Of a stretch of DNA of 64,000 nt, positions 18,792 to 27,854 are shown in pieces. Source of the stretch: Desulfuromonadales bacterium (GTDB lineage Bacteria > Desulfobacterota > Desulfuromonadia > Desulfuromonadales > SZUA-540); assembly GCA_033549025.1 (NCBI GenBank), contig JAWSUS010000013.1, positions 20,672 through 84,671 on the forward strand, read 5' to 3'. The position numbers and the translations under genes are program-made. Below the pieces are notes generated by a model, which saw only the letters and a list, made by a program, of their open reading frames with translations, was not told the DNA's origin and did not search any database. Positions within the stretch are counted from its first letter, which is position 1, and each line of letters opens with the position of its first letter.

Positions 18792-19985
18792 TTAAAAGAG
18801 TTCGATGGACCCTTCATCCAGGGTCTTCTGCGACACGGGGTTGTGCTGGGCCTGCTCCACCAGAACGGCCGCCTGCCCAAGGACTTCCCGGAGGGCCTGT
18901 AGACGGGCGCTGCCATCGACGGCACCCTCCCCTTCCGGTTCATCCGCCGATTGCCCCAGAGGCAGGGAGGAGAGGTCGTTCAGCACCGCTTCCAGCACCT
19001 CGATGCGCCCGTTGACATGGCCGAGCACCTGATGGGCCATATCCTGAAATTGCAGGGAAGTGACCAGGGAGCGCACCTCGAGGCCAACGCTCTCGGCGAT
19101 GGCGGAAATCCTGGCGGCGGACTGTTCCACCTGGCTGTCGAATTCGCGACTCTTCTGCAAAAGGCCGGAGACGCGGCCACGGGCATCGCTGACCATATGG
19201 GCGTCCTGGGCGGCCATCTGCTCCATGGCGGCACCCACCGCGGCCAGACCATCGGAAATCCCGCTGACCGCGTCACCAATCTGGTCGCTGAAACGGTTGG
19301 AACGGGCCGACAGATTGCGCACCTCTTCGGCGACAACGGCAAAGCCCTTGCCCGCCTCGCCGGCCCGGGCCGCCTCGATGGCGGCGTTGAGCGCCAGCAT
19401 GTTGGTCTGCCGGGCGATGGTACGGATTTCTCCCAACTGGCTGAGCACCGTGCCAAAGCGGGCATTGGTCTGCTGCATCTCGCGAATGAGGCGTTCGGCC
19501 ACCTGCCCGTTCTTTTCCGCCGCTTCGACGAAGCCATGGAGCATGGTTTCGATCTCGGAGAGGAACGCGGCCAGGGACTGTTTGCCTTCCGGCGTCTCCC
19601 CGCTTTCCGCCGCCTTGCCGGTCAGCTGCAACGACAGCTGCTGCTGTTGCCGCGTCTGCTGCTCAAGCCCGGTAAAACCCTGCACCAGACGGTTGATGGC
19701 ATCGTCGAGAATGCCCTGCACCTGGGTGTTTTCCGAACGCATGCTGGCGAACTGGCTGTTGAACTTTTCCTGCAGGTCGGTAAAGAGGGTTTGTGTCACC
19801 TGCTCCAGTTCCATCACCCCCTCGGTAACGGACAAGTTAGCGACGGGATCTTCCCCACCCGGCTCTGGCTTGACGGAACGCAGCCGGCCGGCCACCGTCT
19901 CCGCTGCTTTTTGGGCGCCTCTCTGCAGGGACGGCAGAACCCGGCGGACAACCTTCTGACTGAATTGGGACATCTGTAAGAGCAT
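18792..19985 (-). CDS. Soluble MCP-like protein
   Basis: No [28 protein letters not shown] hairpin; C-terminal LQFQDMAHQ and GSIELF. Start approximate. Confidence 0.88.
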   Translation of the reverse strand: MLLQMSQFSQKVVRRVLPSLQRGAQKAAETVAGRLRSVKPEPGGEDPVANLSVTEGVMELEQVTQTLFTDLQEKFNSQFASMRSENTQVQGILDDAINRLVQGFTGLEQQTRQQQQLSLQLTGKAAESGETPEGKQSLAAFLSEIETMLHGFVEAAEKNGQVAERLIREMQQTNARFGTVLSQLGEIRTIARQTNMLALNAAIEAARAGEAGKGFAVVAEEVRNLSARSNRFSDQIGDAVSGISDGLAAVGAAMEQMAAQDAHMVSDARGRVSGLLQKSREFDSQVEQSAARISAIAESVGLEVRSLVTSLQFQDMAHQVLGHVNGRIEVLEAVLNDLSSLPLGQSADEPEGEGAVDGSARLQALREVLGQAAVLVEQAQHNPVSQKTLDEGSIELF

Positions 19986-20017
19986 GAAATTTCCTTTTTT
20001 TGATGTATCCAAAAGCC

Positions 20018-20407
20018 TTATTCCCGTGGCGAGGTCTTCGCCCCCAGAAGCGAGGCGACCAGGCTCTGGGCCGGAGCCAAGGAGAGTTCCTTTTCCACCA
20101 GGGATTTCCCCTGCAAGAAAAGATGCCGCGCCAGCTCACCCTGCACATCGAGCACCAGCAAAGGCCTGTCCCCTTCCTGGCGGCACAGCCCTTTGAGAAA
20201 AGCCGATTTACGCACTTCGCTCCAGCGGCCTGCCACCAGGACGAGAGCCGCCTGCGGCTGACGGTCACCGTAGACCGACAGCCAGTTGATCGCTTCTTCC
20301 AGCCCCTGGACGTAGGCCACCTGATAGCCGGCCAGTTCCAGCAGAAACCCGGTGGACGTCGATCGTTTACAACCCTGTTCGCAATACAAAATCATCTGGC
20401 GGTTCAT
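20018..20407 (-). CDS. Hypothetical protein, probable degenerate receiver-like domain; first gene of che operon
   Basis: GAGGAG SD before ATG 20407; [10 protein letters not shown]...LEEAINWL pattern resembles REC helix1-beta2-helix2. Confidence 0.7.
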   Translation of the reverse strand: MNRQMILYCEQGCKRSTSTGFLLELAGYQVAYVQGLEEAINWLSVYGDRQPQAALVLVAGRWSEVRKSAFLKGLCRQEGDRPLLVLDVQGELARHLFLQGKSLVEKELSLAPAQSLVASLLGAKTSPRE

Positions 20408-20462
20408 ATCTCCTCTACTTTCGCAGCACCGCTTAACGCCGGTGTTCTGGGCATTTCCTTGA

Positions 20463-20477
20463 GCAAGGGCGATGCCA
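20463..20477 (-). promoter_or_regulatory. sigma54 promoter of the che operon
   Basis: Minus strand TGGCAT-CGCCC-TTGC. Confidence 0.85.
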
Positions 20478-20543
20478 AGCGGCACACATAACTCAAACTG
20501 CCGATTTTATTATTGTTTCTCACCCGGCAAAAAACAAAAAGGC

Positions 20544-20648
20544 TGCAACCAGAGTTGCAGCCTTTTTCGGATAAAACCAATATTTGGTTTTATTTTTGCT
20601 ATGTTAGGTGGCCATGCCACCAAAGTTGACAGTGCAACCCTGGTTGCA
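20544..20648. promoter_or_regulatory. Three dyad enhancer (UAS) sites for a sigma54 activator
   Basis: TGCAAC-caga-GTTGCA (20544-20559), TGCCAC-caaa-GTTGAC (20615-20630), TGCAAC-cctg-GTTGCA (20633-20648). Confidence 0.7.
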
Positions 20649-20656
20649 CCCTTTTC

Positions 20657-22075
20657 TCAAGACGAGGTGGTGTTTTTCTTCAGCCTTTTACTCAAAGCCT
20701 GCCGGGATATGCCCAGCATGCCGGCGGCGATGCCCTGATTCCCCTGGGCCCGGCGCATGGCTTCGTCAACCAGCTGTGACACCGCTTCTTCGATGCTGGG
20801 GAGTTTGGCGGGGAAAGAGCAGGTCGTCGCGGCCGCCGTCTCTTCCGCGTCAGGCATTTCGGCCCTCCCGTTCGACTCACCCATAGCCTTTTTGAAGGCC
20901 GCCATGGAGAGCTTGCCCGATTCGTGCAGACTCAGGGCATCGTAGACCATGGCCCGCAGCTCGCGGACATTTCCAGGAAAATGATAGCTGCCGAGCAAGG
21001 TCAGGAGTTCGGGCGGGGGCGTGGGGTGTTTTTTGCCCAGCTCCTCGGCGGCTTCGGTCAGAAAGCATTCGAGCAGCAGGGGCAGATCGTCGCGGCGCTG
21101 GCGCAGCGCCGGGACCTGGGCATGGTGGCCGCGCAGGCGGTAGTACAGGTCCTTGCGGAAACGCCCCTGCTTCTGCAGCAGCTCCAGGTCCTGGTTGGTG
21201 GCCACCACGATACGCGCCCGGCAGCGCTTGGGCTTGTCGCTGCCCAGGGGGAGATATTCGCCTTCCTGCAGCAACCGCAGGAGCTTGACCTGCGACAGGG
21301 GGCTGAGATCGCCGATTTCATCGAGAAAGAGCGTGCCCCCCGCAGCCTGCTCGATCATCCCGGGGCGCGGCTGGTCGGCACCGGTGAAGGCACCGCGCAC
21401 ATGGCCGAAAAGGGTATCGGAGAAGACATTGTCATCGAGCCCCGCCACATTGACGGGGACCCAGGGCTCTTCCTGACGGCTGAGCAGGTGGACGGCCCTG
21501 GCCAGCAATTCCTTACCGGCACCGCTCTCGCCCGTAATGAGCACCGGCTGCCCGCTCGGCGCCACCGCTTCGAGATAGCGGAACAGGGCCAGCATACGGG
21601 GGTTTTGGGTGTGAATGCGGCTGAAAGCCTCGGGGTTGCGAAGCTCTTCGTTGAGCACCTGCTGCTGCAGAGCGCGGTTTTCGCCCTGCAGTTCGAGAAA
21701 GCGCAGGGCGCGATGAATTCCGGCCAGCAGGGGGCCTTCTTCCGAGGTCTTCACCAGAAAATCGAAGGCGCCGAGCTGCATGCACTGCACGGCCGTTTCA
21801 ACCTGGTTCAGGGCCGTGTTGACGATAACGGGAATCTCGGGATACTGCTCGACGAGCAGGGGGAGCAGTTCATCGCCCGGCAGATGGGGCATGGTCAGAT
21901 CGAGCAGGATCAGGCTCACCGGGCGTTCGGCCAGGATACCCAGCACCTGGCGGCTGTCCTGGCATTCGATGATGTCGGCGAAACCGCCGCTGCGCTGCAG
22001 GGTGCGGCTCAGCGCCCGCAGCCACAGGGGTTCATCATCGACCAGCAGCAAGGACTTGTTGTGACGTATGGGCAT
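20657..22075 (-). CDS. sigma54-dependent response regulator (NtrC family: REC, AAA+, Fis HTH)
   Basis: VDDE, LLDLTMP, GESGAGKE, GAFTGA, FLDEIG, FPGNVREL, HTH AAGMLGISRQAL. Confidence 0.96.
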   Translation of the reverse strand: MPIRHNKSLLLVDDEPLWLRALSRTLQRSGGFADIIECQDSRQVLGILAERPVSLILLDLTMPHLPGDELLPLLVEQYPEIPVIVNTALNQVETAVQCMQLGAFDFLVKTSEEGPLLAGIHRALRFLELQGENRALQQQVLNEELRNPEAFSRIHTQNPRMLALFRYLEAVAPSGQPVLITGESGAGKELLARAVHLLSRQEEPWVPVNVAGLDDNVFSDTLFGHVRGAFTGADQPRPGMIEQAAGGTLFLDEIGDLSPLSQVKLLRLLQEGEYLPLGSDKPKRCRARIVVATNQDLELLQKQGRFRKDLYYRLRGHHAQVPALRQRRDDLPLLLECFLTEAAEELGKKHPTPPPELLTLLGSYHFPGNVRELRAMVYDALSLHESGKLSMAAFKKAMGESNGRAEMPDAEETAAATTCSFPAKLPSIEEAVSQLVDEAMRRAQGNQGIAAGMLGISRQALSKRLKKNTTSS

Positions 22076-22080
22076 ATCCT

Positions 22081-24087
22081 CTACTCCTCTGCGGCGACGG
22101 GCAGGCGCAGGATCACCCGCGTTCCCAGTCCCGGGGTCGATTCGAAAGACAGGGTGCCGCCGTGTTCCCGGACAATACGCGACGATACGGACAGACCCAG
22201 CCCCGTGCCGCCTTCTTCGCGACGGGTGGTAAAGAAAGATTCGGTGAGGCGGGGCAGGTTCTCGGGGGCGATGCCCACTCCCTGATCGGCCACTTCGAGG
22301 ACCGCTTCGGACGCCGGGACGTCGAAGGAGGTTCGGATGGTGATGGAACGGCTGCGGTCGGGCAGGGCCTGGCAGGCGTTGACCACCAGGTTGATGATGA
22401 CCTGCTCGATGCGCTGCATGTTGCCAAGCAGCGGCGGCATGTCTGCCGCATAGTGCGTCACCAGATGATCGGTGGCCTTGTGGATGGGGTTGGCGACCAG
22501 GCGCAGAGCGGCCTGCACCGCCTCGTTGAGGAAAAAGCTCTCGTGGCGGTCCGTATGTTCGCGCCGTACGAAATCCTTAAGATCCTCGACAATGCGTTTG
22601 ATGCGGCGGGCGCCCCCCTGGACTTCATCCAGCACTTGGGGGATCTCCTCGCGCATACGCTGGTAGGGGAAGCCGGCGAATTCACCCTCGGGATCGTCAC
22701 CAAAATGGGCATCGAGAATGGGCAGGGATTCGCTGAAGACATCCTGCAGCAGGGGCAGGTTGAGCAGAATGAGAGCGTTGGGGTTGTTGATCTCATGAGC
22801 CACCCCCGCCGTCAATTCCCCCAGAGCCGCCAGACGACTGGATCGGTTCGCCTCTTCGCGCAGCTTGAGCTTTTCGGTGATGTCGCTGGCCAGCTCGATA
22901 ACCTGGCGCACCGTACCCTTTTCATCCTTCAGGGGAAAGGTCTTGACCCCCCAGATACGGCCGTCGGGGGTCGAGATGACCTCTTCTCCCGTCTGTCCCG
23001 TATCAAAGGTAATTTGGGCCGGGCAGTTGCCGCAAGGTGTATCGGCCCGGTGGCAAAGGGAATGACAGGTTCTGCCCACCATCTCTTGCGGTGTGATGCC
23101 CAAATAATCGGCCGAACTCTTGTTGGCCCAGACGATCTTAAGAGCGGGATCCAGCAGGTGCAGGATATCGGGTATGCCGTCGAGCAGGGTTTTCAACTGT
23201 TCCGACAGCTCCCGGTTCTGCTGTTCGCTCGCCCGTAGCGCCAATTCACGGTCGGCGATAGTCGTGGCCATGTCTTTGAAGGCCGTCGTTACCTCGCCAA
23301 TTTCGTCATCGGGCCCCGCAGGCAGGGATAAGCGATAATTCCCTGCCGCCACGGCCAGGGCGGCCTGACGCAGGGGCCGCAAGCGATTGAGAATGAAGAC
23401 GCTGAGCATGGCGATAAGCGCAATGAAAAGGATGAGGTAACCGGTGAGATGGTCGACCAGATTCATCCAGAACAGCCGGTTGCTCATGGTGGTGACTTCC
23501 ACCCCCGGCATCTTGATGCTGAAAATGCCGACGAGCTCGCCCACCTTGTAGTCATAGCCCGCATCGTAGCGGGCACGGATACTGGCGGGAGCCGTGGCAT
23601 TCTGGCCATGGCAGGTAAGGCAATAGGCCTCGGCCCGGATGGGGGTGGCGTACTGATAGATCGACTGACCGGATTCATTCGGATAGACGTGCAGACGTTC
23701 TTTTTCTGCCGGGTTTTCGCGGAAATAGGCGATGGCCTGGCTCTCGACCTCGTCCGCCCGGTTATCGGCATTGCGGGGATGTTCCGAGACATTATTGAAA
23801 CTGATCCCGCCGGTGTTGCGGGTGGAGAAATCCTGCGAGATGCGCAGCAGGGCGTGGGCGGGGAGAAAACCGAGGGTCTGATCGGTGAGGGGGATGCCGC
23901 TGTCTATGAACTGGTGATGGTAGACCTGGCGCGTGGCCATGACCATGCTGTGCAGGGCCCGGGCTTCTTTGAGCTTGAGTTCGCGCACCTCCCACTGCAC
24001 CCCCTGGTAGCGCAGAATTTCCACCAGAAACAGGGAGATGGCGAAGATGAAAATCATGGCCAAGGTCAGGCGGGTGCGCAATCGCAT
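22081..24087 (-). CDS. Sensor histidine kinase: periplasmic heme-c (DUF3365-like), HAMP, PAS, HisKA, HATPase
   Basis: TMs around PRNADNRAD..CLTCH; AHEINNP, NLVVNACQA, DQGVGI, GTGLGLS. Confidence 0.94.
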   Translation of the reverse strand: MRLRTRLTLAMIFIFAISLFLVEILRYQGVQWEVRELKLKEARALHSMVMATRQVYHHQFIDSGIPLTDQTLGFLPAHALLRISQDFSTRNTGGISFNNVSEHPRNADNRADEVESQAIAYFRENPAEKERLHVYPNESGQSIYQYATPIRAEAYCLTCHGQNATAPASIRARYDAGYDYKVGELVGIFSIKMPGVEVTTMSNRLFWMNLVDHLTGYLILFIALIAMLSVFILNRLRPLRQAALAVAAGNYRLSLPAGPDDEIGEVTTAFKDMATTIADRELALRASEQQNRELSEQLKTLLDGIPDILHLLDPALKIVWANKSSADYLGITPQEMVGRTCHSLCHRADTPCGNCPAQITFDTGQTGEEVISTPDGRIWGVKTFPLKDEKGTVRQVIELASDITEKLKLREEANRSSRLAALGELTAGVAHEINNPNALILLNLPLLQDVFSESLPILDAHFGDDPEGEFAGFPYQRMREEIPQVLDEVQGGARRIKRIVEDLKDFVRREHTDRHESFFLNEAVQAALRLVANPIHKATDHLVTHYAADMPPLLGNMQRIEQVIINLVVNACQALPDRSRSITIRTSFDVPASEAVLEVADQGVGIAPENLPRLTESFFTTRREEGGTGLGLSVSSRIVREHGGTLSFESTPGLGTRVILRLPVAAEE

Positions 24088-24166
24088 GGGGGCTCCGGGT
24101 GTCAAGAAATTGGCTTGTTAACAGTCCGGAGGGGAGAATTGCAAACGGCGTGCCGCCTGCACGGCG

Positions 24167-24874
24167 CTAGAGACCCAGGTAGGCTTTTTTCACTTCATCG
24201 TTATTGAGCAGGTTTTCAGCGGAGTCGACCAGGGTGATGCGGCCGTTTTCCATGACATAGCCGCGGTCAGCCAGCTTGAGGGCCTGGTTGGCGTTTTGCT
24301 CCACCAGCAGCACGGTGGTGCCGTATTCCTTGTTGACTTTGCGGATGATTTCGAAGATCTGCTGAATGATCAGGGGCGCCAGCCCCAGCGAGGGTTCGTC
24401 GAGGAGCAGCAGACTGAGGCGAGCCATAAGAGCACGGGAGATAGCCAGCATCTGTTGTTCGCCGCCGGAGAGGGTGCCACCGAGCTGATGGCGGCGCTGG
24501 GCGAGGATGGGGAAGAGTTCGAGGATGATCTGCAGATCCTGCTGAGCCTTCTCCTTGTCCTTGCGTAGAAAGGCCCCCATCTCCAGATTCTCCATGACCG
24601 TCATGTTGGGGAAGATACGGCGTCCTTCCGGCACCTGGCAGATACCGAGCTGGACGATTTTTTCGGGGCTCATACCGTTAATGGGCGCCCCCTTGAAGTA
24701 GATTTCGCCCCGGCGCGGCGGCACGATGCCGCAGATGGACATGAGAGTGGTGGTCTTGCCGGCGCCGTTGGCGCCGATGAGGGCGACGATCTCCCCTTCG
24801 GCGATGTCGATGGAAACATCGTGCAGGGCCTGAATATTGCCGTAGTAGGTCTGGACGTTGCGCAGGCTAAGCAT
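24167..24874 (-). CDS. livF: Branched-chain amino acid ABC ATPase LivF
   Basis: GANGAGKTT, VPEGRRIF, LSGGEQQML, LDEPSLGLAP, VEQN. Confidence 0.94.
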   Translation of the reverse strand: MLSLRNVQTYYGNIQALHDVSIDIAEGEIVALIGANGAGKTTTLMSICGIVPPRRGEIYFKGAPINGMSPEKIVQLGICQVPEGRRIFPNMTVMENLEMGAFLRKDKEKAQQDLQIILELFPILAQRRHQLGGTLSGGEQQMLAISRALMARLSLLLLDEPSLGLAPLIIQQIFEIIRKVNKEYGTTVLLVEQNANQALKLADRGYVMENGRITLVDSAENLLNNDEVKKAYLGL

Positions 24875-25655
24875 GGGCTTCCTCTCCAAGGTACGCCTCG
24901 ATGACGCGGGGGTTGTGCCGAATTTCCTGGGGGGCGCCTTCGGCGATTTTCTTGCCGTATTCCATGACGGTGATGCGGTCGGAGATATTCATGACGAGCT
25001 TCATGTCGTGCTCGATGAGCAGGATGGCCATGCCGTCCTCGTCGCGGATGCGCACGATGAGTTCGTCGAGGGCCCGGGTTTCCTGGGGATTCATCCCCGC
25101 CGCCGGTTCGTCGAGCAGCAGCAGAAAAGGATCGGTGGCCATGGCGCGGGCGATTTCCAGGCGGCGCATGGCGCCATAGGGGAGATTGCGGGCGAATTCG
25201 TTGGCGAAGGGGGCCAGGCCGACCTTCTGCAGCAGGCGGTAGCTCTTCTCGATGGTGTCGACCTCTTCCTGCCGCGCTTTTTTGCCGCGCAGAATGGCGC
25301 CGAGGATGCTGGTGCTGGTACGGCAGTGGCAGCCGATCATGACGTTTTCAAGCACGGTCATGGCCGGAAAGAGGCGGATGTTCTGAAAGGTGCGGGCCAT
25401 GCCGAGAGTGGTTATCCGGTTGGGCTTCAGACCGTTGATGCGGCGGCTTGGCCCCTTGGGCGGATGGATGAGAACATCCCCGCGGCTCGGTTTGTAGATG
25501 CCGGTGACACAGTTGAAAAAGGTCGTCTTGCCGGCGCCGTTGGGACCGATCAGGGCGACGATCTCTCCCGGGCACACCTGCAGATCGACCCCGTCAATGG
25601 CCCGCAGGCCGCCGAAATCCATGGTCAGATGGCTGACTTCAAGCAGTTTATCCAT
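24867..25655 (-). CDS. livG: Branched-chain amino acid ABC ATPase LivG
   Basis: FGGL.A, GPNGAGKTT, RTFQNIRLF, LPYG..RRLEIARA, IEHDM, VIEAYLG. Confidence 0.94.
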   Translation of the reverse strand: MDKLLEVSHLTMDFGGLRAIDGVDLQVCPGEIVALIGPNGAGKTTFFNCVTGIYKPSRGDVLIHPPKGPSRRINGLKPNRITTLGMARTFQNIRLFPAMTVLENVMIGCHCRTSTSILGAILRGKKARQEEVDTIEKSYRLLQKVGLAPFANEFARNLPYGAMRRLEIARAMATDPFLLLLDEPAAGMNPQETRALDELIVRIRDEDGMAILLIEHDMKLVMNISDRITVMEYGKKIAEGAPQEIRHNPRVIEAYLGEEAHA

Positions 25656-26883
25656 GTTCCCCCTTGCCGGCGGGTTCTGCGGAGAGACCGCGATATTCGT
25701 ACTTGCGACGGATGTTGCTGACCAGCCCCTGGGGCCGGAAGATCATCATCAGCACCATCACTGCCCCGAACACCAGCATGCGGTAGTCGGAAAAGGCCCG
25801 CAGGTACTCGGGCATGAGGATCAGCACCAGGGCCGCCACGATCACCCCGACGATGGAGCCCATGCCGCCAAGGACGACGATGGAGAGCACGATGGCCGAC
25901 TCCATGAAGGTGAAGCTGTTGGGGTTGATGTAGGTGTTGCGGGCGGCGAAGATGACCCCCACCAGTCCGGCCCAGAAGGCGCCGAGGGCGTAGGCAGACA
26001 GCTTGGTGCGGGCCATGTCGATGCCCATGGCCACACAGGCGATCTCGTCCTCGCGCAGGGCGATCCAGGCCCGGCCGATGCGGGAATCTTTGAGGCGGTT
26101 GACGACGAAGATGGTGAACAGCACCAGCAGGATCATCAGGTAGTAGGTATAGATCGTCGCCCCTTCGATACTCATGTCAAGGCCGAAGAGACCGGGCCGG
26201 TCGATATTGGCGATCCCTTTGGCCCCGCTGGTAACGACTTCCCAGTTCTCGATGACGATTTTAGCGATGGACCCGAAGCCGAGGGTGACGATGGCGAGAT
26301 AGTCACCGCGCAACCGAAGAATGGGGAAGCCCAGCAGGGTGCCGAGCAGAGCGCCGGCCAAGCCGCCCAGAGGGAGGCAGATCCAGAATCCGAAGCCGAA
26401 CTGGGTGTTGAACAGGGCGTAGGTGTAGGCCCCGATGGCGAAGAAGGCGACGTAGCCCAGATCGAGCAGACCGGCCAGCCCGACGGTGATATTGAGGCCC
26501 AGTCCCAGCACGACAAAAATCAGGGCCAGCACCATAATGTTGACCTGGTAGACGTCAAAGATCCAGGGGAAGAGGATCGCAAAGGCCAGGACGGCCCCGA
26601 TGAGGGGACGGTAGATCCTGGCCTCTTCCAGAATGCGCTGGCCGATTCCCGGCCGCACCTCTTCTTCTCCCATTTCCATCTTTTTCGAACGTTTCGCCCG
26701 CCGCGCCAGAGCCCAGCGCCAGATGAAAGAAAGCGCAAAGGCGCCGAGGCCGACCCAGAGGACATTGAACCAGCGCCACTCCACCAGGTTCTTGAGGGTA
26801 TTGACCTTCACCACCACGAAGGGAAAGGTGAGGAACATGAACCAGAGCGCAATGCCGAGAGAATGTTTGATGTGTGCCAGCAT
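25648..26883 (-). CDS. livM: Branched-chain amino acid ABC permease LivM
   Basis: GLAGLLDLGYVAFF, LRLRGDYLAIVTLGF, GRAWIALREDE. Confidence 0.94.
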   Translation of the reverse strand: MLAHIKHSLGIALWFMFLTFPFVVVKVNTLKNLVEWRWFNVLWVGLGAFALSFIWRWALARRAKRSKKMEMGEEEVRPGIGQRILEEARIYRPLIGAVLAFAILFPWIFDVYQVNIMVLALIFVVLGLGLNITVGLAGLLDLGYVAFFAIGAYTYALFNTQFGFGFWICLPLGGLAGALLGTLLGFPILRLRGDYLAIVTLGFGSIAKIVIENWEVVTSGAKGIANIDRPGLFGLDMSIEGATIYTYYLMILLVLFTIFVVNRLKDSRIGRAWIALREDEIACVAMGIDMARTKLSAYALGAFWAGLVGVIFAARNTYINPNSFTFMESAIVLSIVVLGGMGSIVGVIVAALVLILMPEYLRAFSDYRMLVFGAVMVLMMIFRPQGLVSNIRRKYEYRGLSAEPAGKGEHG

Positions 26884-26903
26884 GGTTTAAACTCCCGCCA
26901 CCC

Positions 26904-27806
26904 TCAGACCTTCTGCTTGACGGCCTTGCCCAGCAGGCCGGCCGGTCGCAGGATGAGGATCAGAACGAGGACGCCGAAGGCAAAGACGTCCTCATAGGCG
27001 CTCGACACGTAACCGGCGGCGAAGGCTTCCGCCAGTCCCAGCACCAGGCCGCCGAGGGCGGCGCCGGGAATATTGCCGATGCCGCCCAGCACCGCAGCAG
27101 TAAAGGCTTTGACGCCGGCCATGAAGCCGATGTAGAAGTTGATCTGCCCGATATAGGAGCCCACCAGCACCCCACCGATGGCCGCCAGCACCGAGCCGAT
27201 GATGAAGGTCATGGAGATGACCCGGTCGACGTTGATCCCCACCAGCCGGGCCATGATGAGATCCTGCTGGGTCGCCCGCATCGCCTTGCCGATGCGCGTG
27301 TACTTGATCAGCACGGTCAGCCCGATCATGCTCAGGGCGCTGGTCACCAGAATCACCAGTTCGGCCGAGCCCATGATGTGGGCAATAGGTTCCATAAAGG
27401 CGAAATCGGGCACGAGCTGCGGAAAGGGGAGAAAGTCCGGCGTCTGCGCCAGCAGGACGTAATTTTGCAGAAAGAGCGACATGCCGATGGCGCTGATCAA
27501 CGGCGACAGCCGCGGGGCGTTGCGCAGGGGCCGGTAGGCGATGCGTTCAAGGGTGAAGCCATAGGCGGCGGCGTAGATGACGGCGATAAGGGCGGCCAGG
27601 ATGAGGATGGACACCCCGGAAAATCCGTAGATGGTCAAAACGCCGGAGACGATCAGAGCCACGAAGGCGCCGATCATGTAGATCTCGCCATGGGCGAAGT
27701 TGATCAGCTGGATGATGCCGTACACCATGGTGTAGCCCAGGGCGATGAGGGCATAGATGCTCCCCCGGGTCAGGCCGCTCAGAAAGAGTTCGAGAAAGTA
27801 GTCCAT
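26904..27806 (-). CDS. livH: Branched-chain amino acid ABC permease LivH
   Basis: YALIALGYTMVYGI..INFAHGE, KAFTAAVLGGIG. Confidence 0.95.
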   Translation of the reverse strand: MDYFLELFLSGLTRGSIYALIALGYTMVYGIIQLINFAHGEIYMIGAFVALIVSGVLTIYGFSGVSILILAALIAVIYAAAYGFTLERIAYRPLRNAPRLSPLISAIGMSLFLQNYVLLAQTPDFLPFPQLVPDFAFMEPIAHIMGSAELVILVTSALSMIGLTVLIKYTRIGKAMRATQQDLIMARLVGINVDRVISMTFIIGSVLAAIGGVLVGSYIGQINFYIGFMAGVKAFTAAVLGGIGNIPGAALGGLVLGLAEAFAAGYVSSAYEDVFAFGVLVLILILRPAGLLGKAVKQKV

Positions 27807-27854
27807 ACGACTCCAGCAAAAAGGGGGGCAGGCCTGCGCCTGTCCCCCCGTGCG

